Below are positions 20,649-32,000 of a stretch of DNA of 32,000 nucleotides, piece by piece. Each line of letters begins with the position of its first letter. Position 1 is the first letter of the stretch. Source of the stretch: Escherichia coli (lineage in GTDB: Bacteria > Pseudomonadota > Gammaproteobacteria > Enterobacterales > Enterobacteriaceae). Under the pieces are notes generated by a model. That model had not been told where the DNA came from, did not search any database, and saw nothing but the letters and a program-made list of their open reading frames with translations. The position numbers were made by a program, and so were the translations under genes. The DNA is taken from NCBI RefSeq assembly GCF_013282335.1, contig NZ_CP043406.1; one strand, written 5' to 3'.

Positions 20649-22577
20649 ATGCCTGTTATAACTCTTCCTGATGGCAGCCAACGCCATTACGACCACGCTG
20701 TAAGCCCCATGGATGTTGCGCTGGACATTGGTCCAGGTCTGGCGAAAGCCTGTATCGCAGGGCGCGTTAATGGCGAACTGGTTGATGCTTGCGATCTGAT
20801 TGAAAACGACGCACAACTGTCGATCATTACCGCCAAAGACGAAGAAGGTCTGGAGATCATTCGTCACTCCTGTGCGCACCTGTTAGGGCACGCGATTAAA
20901 CAACTTTGGCCGCATACCAAAATGGCAATCGGCCCGGTTATTGACAACGGTTTTTATTACGACGTTGATCTTGACCGCACGTTAACCCAGGAAGATGTCG
21001 AAGCACTCGAGAAGCGGATGCATGAGCTTGCTGAGAAAAACTACGACGTCATTAAGAAGAAAGTCAGCTGGCACGAAGCGCGTGAAACTTTCGCCAACCG
21101 TGGGGAGAGCTACAAAGTCTCCATTCTTGACGAAAACATCGCCCATGATGACAAGCCAGGTCTGTACTTCCATGAAGAATATGTCGATATGTGCCGCGGT
21201 CCGCACGTACCGAACATGCGTTTCTGCCATCATTTCAAACTAATGAAAACGGCAGGGGCTTACTGGCGTGGCGACAGCAACAACAAAATGTTGCAACGTA
21301 TTTACGGTACGGCGTGGGCAGACAAAAAAGCGCTTAACGCTTACCTGCAGCGCCTGGAAGAAGCCGCGAAACGCGACCACCGTAAAATCGGTAAACAGCT
21401 CGACCTGTACCATATGCAGGAAGAAGCACCGGGTATGGTCTTCTGGCACAACGATGGCTGGACCATCTTCCGTGAACTGGAAGTGTTTGTTCGTTCTAAA
21501 CTGAAAGAGTACCAGTATCAGGAAGTTAAAGGTCCGTTCATGATGGACCGTGTTCTGTGGGAAAAAACCGGTCACTGGGACAACTACAAAGATGCAATGT
21601 TCACCACGTCTTCTGAGAACCGTGAATACTGCATTAAGCCGATGAACTGCCCGGGTCACGTACAAATTTTCAACCAGGGGCTGAAGTCTTATCGCGATCT
21701 GCCGCTGCGTATGGCCGAGTTTGGTAGCTGCCACCGTAACGAGCCGTCAGGTTCGCTGCATGGCCTGATGCGTGTACGTGGTTTTACCCAGGATGACGCG
21801 CATATCTTCTGTACTGAAGAACAAATTCGCGATGAAGTTAACGGATGTATCCGTTTAGTCTATGATATGTACAGCACTTTTGGCTTCGAGAAGATCGTCG
21901 TCAAACTCTCCACTCGTCCTGAAAAACGTATTGGCAGCGACGAAATGTGGGATCGTGCTGAGGCGGACCTGGCGGTTGCGCTGGAAGAAAACAACATCCC
22001 GTTTGAATATCAACTGGGTGAAGGCGCTTTCTACGGTCCGAAAATTGAATTTACCCTGTATGACTGCCTCGATCGTGCATGGCAGTGCGGTACAGTACAG
22101 CTGGACTTCTCCTTGCCGTCTCGTCTGAGCGCCTCCTATGTGGGCGAAGACAACGAGCGTAAGGTACCGGTTATGATTCACCGCGCAATTCTGGGGTCGA
22201 TGGAACGTTTCATCGGTATCCTGACCGAAGAATTCGCTGGTTTCTTCCCGACCTGGCTTGCGCCGGTTCAGGTTGTTATCATGAATATTACCGATTCACA
22301 GTCTGAATACGTTAACGAATTGACGCAAAAACTATCAAATGCGGGCATTCGTGTTAAAGCAGACTTGAGAAATGAGAAGATTGGCTTTAAAATCCGCGAG
22401 CACACTTTGCGTCGCGTCCCGTATATGCTGGTCTGTGGTGATAAAGAGGTGGAATCAGGCAAAGTTGCCGTTCGCACCCGCCGTGGTAAAGACCTGGGAA
22501 GCATGGACGTAAATGAAGTGATCGAGAAGCTGCAACAAGAGATTCGCAGCCGCAGTCTTAAACAATTGGAGGAATAA
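20649..22577 (+). CDS. thrS: Threonyl-tRNA synthetase
   Basis: 642-aa ORF; class II aaRS motifs and TGS domain. Confidence 0.99.
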
Positions 22578-23123
<546 letters not shown>

Positions 23124-23195
23124 GGCCTTCAAGTAGCACTGTCTGTGGAGCCTTTGGGCTTCACAGGCATTGTTCGCCTTTGTTTCGTTTATTAA

Positions 23196-23417
<222 letters not shown>

Positions 23418-23442
23418 GCCGTTAACGTTTTTAACTTTTTAA

Positions 23443-23826
<384 letters not shown>

Positions 23827-23833
23827 GCCAGTT

Positions 23834-23862
23834 GAAAGAGGGAGCTAGTCTCCCTCTTTTCG
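23834..23862 (+). terminator. Rho-independent terminator downstream of rplT
   Basis: GAAAGAGGGAGCTAGTCTCCCTCTTTTC hairpin with T-rich 3' side. Confidence 0.8.
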
Positions 23863-23948
23863 TTTCAACGCCATCAAAACATTGACTTTTATCGCCGTAG
23901 CCTTTTCAATAAAGGTCTTTTGAAAAGTACCAAAAGGTAACGCAAGCA

Positions 23949-23993
23949 ATGAATGCTGCTATTTTCCGCTTCTTTTTTTACTTTAGCTCCTGA
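23949..23993 (+). CDS. pheM: Phenylalanyl-tRNA synthetase operon leader peptide
   Basis: ATG AAT GCT GCT ATT TTC CGC TTC TTT TTT TAC TTT AGC TCC TGA = [14 protein letters not shown], with 5 Phe codons in 14. Confidence 0.93.
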   Translation: [14 protein letters not shown]

Positions 23994-24040
23994 CTCCAGG
24001 AGGCTAGCGCGTGAGAAGAGAAACGGAAAACAGCGCCTGA

Positions 24041-24065
24041 AAGCCTCCCAGTGGAGGCTTTTTTT
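24041..24065 (+). terminator. pheST attenuator terminator
   Basis: AAGCCTCCCAGTGGAGGCTTTTTTT. Confidence 0.93.
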
Positions 24066-24089
24066 GTATGCGCGTTTTGAAAAAATTAA

Positions 24090-25115
<1,026 letters not shown>

Positions 25116-25126
25116 GGCAGGAATAG

Positions 25127-27517
<2,391 letters not shown>

Positions 27518-27521
27518 ACCT

Positions 27522-27821
27522 ATGGCGCTTACAAAAGCTGAAATGTCAGAATATCTGTTTGATAAGCTTGGGCTTAGCAAGCGGGATGCCAAAGAACTGG
27601 TTGAACTGTTTTTCGAAGAGATCCGTCGCGCTCTGGAAAACGGCGAACAGGTGAAACTCTCTGGTTTTGGTAACTTCGATCTGCGTGATAAGAATCAACG
27701 CCCGGGACGTAACCCGAAAACGGGCGAGGATATTCCCATTACAGCACGGCGCGTGGTGACCTTCAGACCCGGGCAGAAGTTAAAAAGCCGGGTCGAAAAC
27801 GCTTCGCCCAAAGACGAGTAA
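27522..27821 (+). CDS. ihfA: Integration host factor alpha subunit
   Basis: 99-aa [31 protein letters not shown]..., HU/IHF family. Confidence 0.99.
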
Positions 27822-27833
27822 TCTGATCTAACT

Positions 27834-27864
27834 AAAAAGGCCGCTCTGCGGCCTTTTTTCTTTT
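27834..27864 (+). terminator. Rho-independent terminator of ihfA
   Basis: AAAAAGGCCGCTCTGCGGCCTTTTTTCTTTT. Confidence 0.95.
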
Positions 27865-27921
27865 CACTGTCGAAGAGTCACCGTAAAATCAACGCCATGA
27901 CACTTCAGCAGAACGGATACC

Positions 27922-28902
27922 ATGCTGACACTTGCCCGCCAACAACAGCGACAAAATATTCGCTGGTTATTATGCCTGTCAGTTTTGATGCTGCTGGCGC
28001 TTCTCTTAAGCCTTTGCGCCGGTGAACAATGGATTTCGCCCGGTGACTGGTCTACTCCTCGTGGCGAACTGTTCGTCTGGCAAATTCGCCTGCCACGTAC
28101 GCTGGCTGTATTGCTGGTTGGTGCGGCGCTGGCTATATCCGGCGCAGTAATGCAGGCGTTGTTTGAAAATCCTCTGGCAGAACCTGGACTACTTGGCGTC
28201 TCTAACGGCGCAGGCGTAGGGCTTATCGCCGCGGTGTTGCTTGGGCAAGGGCAACTCCCAAACTGGGCACTAGGGCTGTGTGCGATTGCTGGCGCGCTTA
28301 TCATCACTTTAATACTCTTACGTTTCGCCCGTCGTCATCTTTCGACCAGTCGGTTATTGCTGGCTGGCGTTGCATTAGGGATTATCTGTAGCGCACTAAT
28401 GACGTGGGCTATCTACTTTTCCACCTCTGTTGATTTACGTCAGCTGATGTACTGGATGATGGGCGGTTTTGGCGGCGTAGACTGGCGGCAAAGCTGGCTG
28501 ATGCTGGCATTGATCCCCGTGTTGTTGTGGATCTGTTGTCAGTCCAGGCCGATGAATATGTTAGCACTTGGCGAGATCTCGGCGCGGCAACTGGGTTTAC
28601 CCCTGTGGTTCTGGCGCAATGTGCTGGTGGCAGCGACCGGCTGGATGGTTGGCGTCAGTGTGGCGCTGGCGGGTGCTATCGGCTTTATTGGTCTGGTGAT
28701 CCCCCATATTCTCCGGTTATGTGGTTTAACCGATCATCGCGTATTACTTCCCGGCTGCGCGCTGGCAGGGGCGAGCGCATTGCTGCTGGCTGATGTTGTA
28801 GCGCGCCTGGCATTAGCTGCCGCAGAGCTGCCTATTGGCGTGGTCACCGCAACGTTGGGTGCGCCGGTGTTTATCTGGTTATTGTTAAAAGCAGGACGTT
28901 AG
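27922..28902 (+). CDS. btuC: Vitamin B12 ABC transporter permease
   Basis: 326-aa FecCD-family permease. Confidence 0.97.
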   Translation: MLTLARQQQRQNIRWLLCLSVLMLLALLLSLCAGEQWISPGDWSTPRGELFVWQIRLPRTLAVLLVGAALAISGAVMQALFENPLAEPGLLGVSNGAGVGLIAAVLLGQGQLPNWALGLCAIAGALIITLILLRFARRHLSTSRLLLAGVALGIICSALMTWAIYFSTSVDLRQLMYWMMGGFGGVDWRQSWLMLALIPVLLWICCQSRPMNMLALGEISARQLGLPLWFWRNVLVAATGWMVGVSVALAGAIGFIGLVIPHILRLCGLTDHRVLLPGCALAGASALLLADVVARLALAAAELPIGVVTATLGAPVFIWLLLKAGR

Positions 28903-28964
28903 CCGCAAAAAGACGGTCTATGATTAAAAGCTAAGATTTTTACTGACCACACCCAGGAGAAACG

Positions 28965-29516
28965 ATGCAAGATTCCATTCTGACGACCGTAGTGAAAGAT
29001 ATCGACGGTGAAGTGACCACGCTGGAGAAGTACGCCGGTAATGTGCTGTTGATTGTCAATGTCGCCTCAAAGTGTGGCTTAACGCCGCAATATGAGCAGT
29101 TGGAGAATATTCAGAAAGCCTGGGCCGATCGTGGTTTTGTGGTGCTGGGATTCCCGTGCAACCAGTTTCTGGAGCAAGAACCGGGCAGCGATGAAGAGAT
29201 TAAAACTTACTGCACCACTACATGGGGGGTGACGTTCCCGATGTTCAGTAAGATTGAAGTTAATGGCGAAGGACGCCATCCGCTGTATCAAAAATTGATT
29301 GCCGCAGCGCCGACCGCAGTCGCGCCGGAAGAGAGCGGATTCTATGCCCGTATGGTCAGCAAAGGTCGTGCACCGCTGTACCCTGATGATATTTTATGGA
29401 ATTTTGAGAAATTTTTAGTTGGCAGGGACGGATTGGTAATCCAGCGTTTTTCCCCGGATATGACGCCGGAAGATCCCATTGTGATGGAAAGCATTAAACT
29501 GGCGTTGGCGAAATAA
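28965..29516 (+). CDS. btuE: Thioredoxin/glutathione peroxidase BtuE
   Basis: 183-aa ORF with GPx motifs [12 protein letters not shown] and LGFPCNQF. Confidence 0.97.
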
Positions 29517-30265
29517 TGTCTATTGTGATGCAGCTACAGGATGTTGCGGAATCAACCCGCCTTGGGCCGCTTTCTGGCGAGGTTCGGGCAGGGGAGATCC
29601 TGCATCTGGTGGGGCCGAATGGCGCGGGTAAGAGTACCTTACTGGCGCGAATGGCCGGAATGACCAGCGGTAAGGGAAGCATTCAGTTCGCGGGGCAACC
29701 ACTGGAAGCATGGTCCGCAACAAAACTCGCGCTGCATCGCGCCTATCTTTCACAACAGCAGACGCCGCCGTTTGCAATGCCGGTCTGGCACTACCTGACA
29801 CTGCATCAGCACGATAAAACGCGTACCGAACTACTGAATGATGTCGCAGGGGCGCTGGCTCTTGATGACAAACTCGGACGGAGCACCAATCAACTTTCCG
29901 GCGGTGAATGGCAACGCGTACGTCTTGCTGCGGTGGTGTTGCAAATCACACCACAAGCCAATCCCGCAGGCCAATTGCTGCTTCTTGATGAGCCGATGAA
30001 CAGTCTTGATGTTGCGCAACAAAGTGCGTTAGACAAAATTCTGAGCGCGCTGTGTCAGCAAGGACTGGCGATTGTGATGAGCAGTCACGATCTCAACCAC
30101 ACATTGCGTCATGCGCATCGGGCATGGTTGCTAAAAGGTGGAAAAATGCTGGCCAGTGGACGCAGGGAAGAGGTGCTCACGCCGCCAAATCTGGCGCAGG
30201 CCTATGGGATGAATTTTCGCCGTCTGGATATCGAAGGTCACCGAATGCTGATTTCGACCATTTGA
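29516..30265 (+). CDS. btuD: Vitamin B12 ABC transporter ATP-binding protein
   Basis: 249-aa ORF; Walker [10 protein letters not shown] and signature LSGGEWQRV; overlaps the btuE stop by 1 nt. Confidence 0.97.
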
Positions 30266-30342
30266 TTTCATTAGTATCTTGAAAATCGGGTAATTACGAC
30301 GCTAAATTAATGCAAGAATAAAAAACAGAGGAACCGTACGGA

Positions 30343-30807
30343 ATGCGTTTCTGCCTTATTTTGATCACAGCACTGTTTCTGGCCGGGTGTAGCCACCATA
30401 AAGCACCGCCGCCAAATGCCAGACTTTCTGATTCGATTACCGTTATTGCCGGTTTGAACGACCAGCTACAGAGCTGGCATGGCACGCCGTATCGTTATGG
30501 TGGCATGACGCGGCGCGGTGTGGACTGTTCGGGATTTGTGGTTGTGACGATGCGCGATCGTTTCGATTTGCAGCTGCCCCGAGAAACCAAAGAACAAGCC
30601 TCTATCGGCACGCAAATTGATAAAGACGAGTTGCTGCCTGGTGACCTGGTCTTTTTCAAAACGGGCTCCGGACAAAATGGTTTGCATGTAGGTATTTACG
30701 ATACCAACAACCAATTTATCCACGCCTCTACCAGCAAGGGAGTGATGCGTTCCTCACTTGATAATGTCTATTGGCAGAAAAATTTCTGGCAGGCGAGACG
30801 AATCTAG
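30343..30807 (+). CDS. nlpC: NlpC/P60-family putative lipoprotein endopeptidase
   Basis: 154-aa ORF; lipobox LFLAGC; catalytic RRGVDCSGFV and GLHVGIY. Confidence 0.96.
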   Translation: MRFCLILITALFLAGCSHHKAPPPNARLSDSITVIAGLNDQLQSWHGTPYRYGGMTRRGVDCSGFVVVTMRDRFDLQLPRETKEQASIGTQIDKDELLPGDLVFFKTGSGQNGLHVGIYDTNNQFIHASTSKGVMRSSLDNVYWQKNFWQARRI

Positions 30808-30818
30808 TATGTCGAAAA

Positions 30819-30847
30819 ATGGACGGCGATGATACATCGCCGTCCAT
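30819..30847. terminator. 12-bp perfect hairpin downstream of nlpC, probable terminator
   Basis: ATGGACGGCGAT (30819-30830) loop GATAC ATCGCCGTCCAT (30836-30847); short A run on the left, weak T run on the right. Confidence 0.6.
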
Positions 30848-30952
30848 TTACTCCAGAATACAGTAGTATTTTGCAGACAAAAATTCCGTAAATGGATTAT
30901 TCGTTTATAATCAGGATAATCTAAAAAAAGGACCCCTGAAAAAGTGGTTAAC

Positions 30953-31057
30953 ATGGAACAAATGAAAGTTACTCCTTCTGTAATTGTTATGTCTTATGGC
31001 CTCATCCCTTTTAGCCGGATACTGAAAAACATCCTTCGAGAGGGACGGTTACCATGA
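30953..31057 (+). other. Putative 34-aa upstream ORF overlapping the ydiV start codon
   Basis: ATG at 30953 reads MEQMKVTPSVIVMSYGLIPFSRILKNILREGRLP and stops at TGA 31055-31057, sharing ATGA with the ydiV start at 31054. No strong SD precedes it. Confidence 0.4.
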
Positions 31058-31767
31058 AGATTTTTTTGGAGAATCTTTATCATTCTGATTGCTATTTCCT
31101 GCCGATAAGAGATAACCAGCAAGACCTTGTCGGCGTTGAGTTAATTACCCATTTCTCCAGTGAAGATGGTACGGTTCGTATCCCGACGAGTCGGGTTATA
31201 GCGCAACTTACCGCGGAGCAACATTGGCAATTATTTTCAGAGCAGTTGGAATTACTAAAATCATGCCAACACTTTTTTATTCAACATAAACTCTTTGCCT
31301 GGCTTAATTTAACGCCACAAGTGGCTACTTTATTATTAGACAGGGATAATTACGCAGGCGAACTATTAAAATATCCGTTTATTGAACTGTTGATTAATGA
31401 GAATTACCCGCATCTCGATGAAGGAAAAGATAATCGCGATCTTTTGTCCTTATCGCAAATGTATCCCCTTGTGTTAGGTAATTTGGGCGCAGGCAATAGC
31501 ACAATGAAAGCGGTTTTTGATGGTCTTTTCACCCGCGTCATGCTGGATAAAAGTTTTATTCAGCAACAAATCACGCACCGCTCCTTCGAACCGTTTATTC
31601 GTGCGATCCAGGCGCAAATTTCCCCATGTTGCAATTGCATCATCGCGGGGGGCATTGATACGCCAGAAATAATGGCACAGATTACCCCCTTCGATTTCCA
31701 TGCTCTCCAGGGATGCCTGTGGCCTGCCGTTCCCATAAATCAGATAACGACGTTGGTTCAGCGATAA
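31054..31767 (+). CDS. ydiV: Anti-FlhD4C2 factor, degenerate EAL-domain protein YdiV
   Basis: 237-aa ORF; degenerate EAL-like protein, recognised sequence, adjacent to ydiU. Confidence 0.95.
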   Translation: MKIFLENLYHSDCYFLPIRDNQQDLVGVELITHFSSEDGTVRIPTSRVIAQLTAEQHWQLFSEQLELLKSCQHFFIQHKLFAWLNLTPQVATLLLDRDNYAGELLKYPFIELLINENYPHLDEGKDNRDLLSLSQMYPLVLGNLGAGNSTMKAVFDGLFTRVMLDKSFIQQQITHRSFEPFIRAIQAQISPCCNCIIAGGIDTPEIMAQITPFDFHALQGCLWPAVPINQITTLVQR

Positions 31768-31829
31768 CCCTCCTGTTTGCTGGTGTTTAAGACGAGAGTA
31801 ACCGTCTACACTATCAAACAGGAGGATCT

Positions 31830-32000
31830 ATGACCCTGTCTTTTGTTACCCGCTGGCGCGATGAATTGCCAGGAACCTATACAGCACTTTCCCCTACGCC
31901 TTTAAATAATGCCCGGCTGATTTGGCATAATACCGAACTCGCTAACACGCTGAGTATTCCATCGTCGCTGTTTAAAAATGACGCAGGTGTCTGGGGCGGC
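31830..32000 (+). CDS. selO: Protein adenylyltransferase SelO (YdiU), N-terminal part only, truncated by window end
   Basis: ATG at 31830 after AGGAGG; [57 protein letters not shown], open to the window end. Confidence 0.93.
   Translation, partial: MTLSFVTRWRDELPGTYTALSPTPLNNARLIWHNTELANTLSIPSSLFKNDAGVWGG

Overview
The window is an Escherichia coli (or very close relative) core-chromosome segment, in reverse orientation to the usual K-12 map. Order: nadE(-) osmE(+) chbBCARFG(+) katE(-) cedA(+) ydjO(+) tcyP(-) ydjM(-) hxpB(-) yniB(+) yniA(-) ydiZ(-) pfkB(-) ydiY(+) yniD(-) arpB(-) thrS-infC-rpmI-rplT-pheM-pheST-ihfA(+) btuC-btuE-btuD-nlpC(+) ydiV(+) selO/ydiU(+, truncated by the window edge). 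I found no CRISPR array, IS element, prophage, tRNA or rRNA, and I do not see a complete undescribed multi-gene system. The least ordinary content is in two accessory-looking genes and several leader/3'-end structures. (1) arpB is an uninterrupted 632-codon ORF; I recall this locus as a pseudogene in K-12. It has a Cys/His/Asp pattern compatible with ShET2/EspL-type effectors and a C-terminal array of five ankyrin-like units at a strict ~48-residue period. (2) ydjO is an AT-rich orphan with a 13-bp leader hairpin, and its 3' end contains what looks like the convergent tcyP terminator. (3) A 34-codon ORF ends in an ATGA overlap with ydiV. (4) A terminator-like hairpin lies between a good promoter candidate and ydiY. 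(5) The pheM leader appears to carry a variant. Gene identities come from recognising the translated proteins and the synteny, with no database search.
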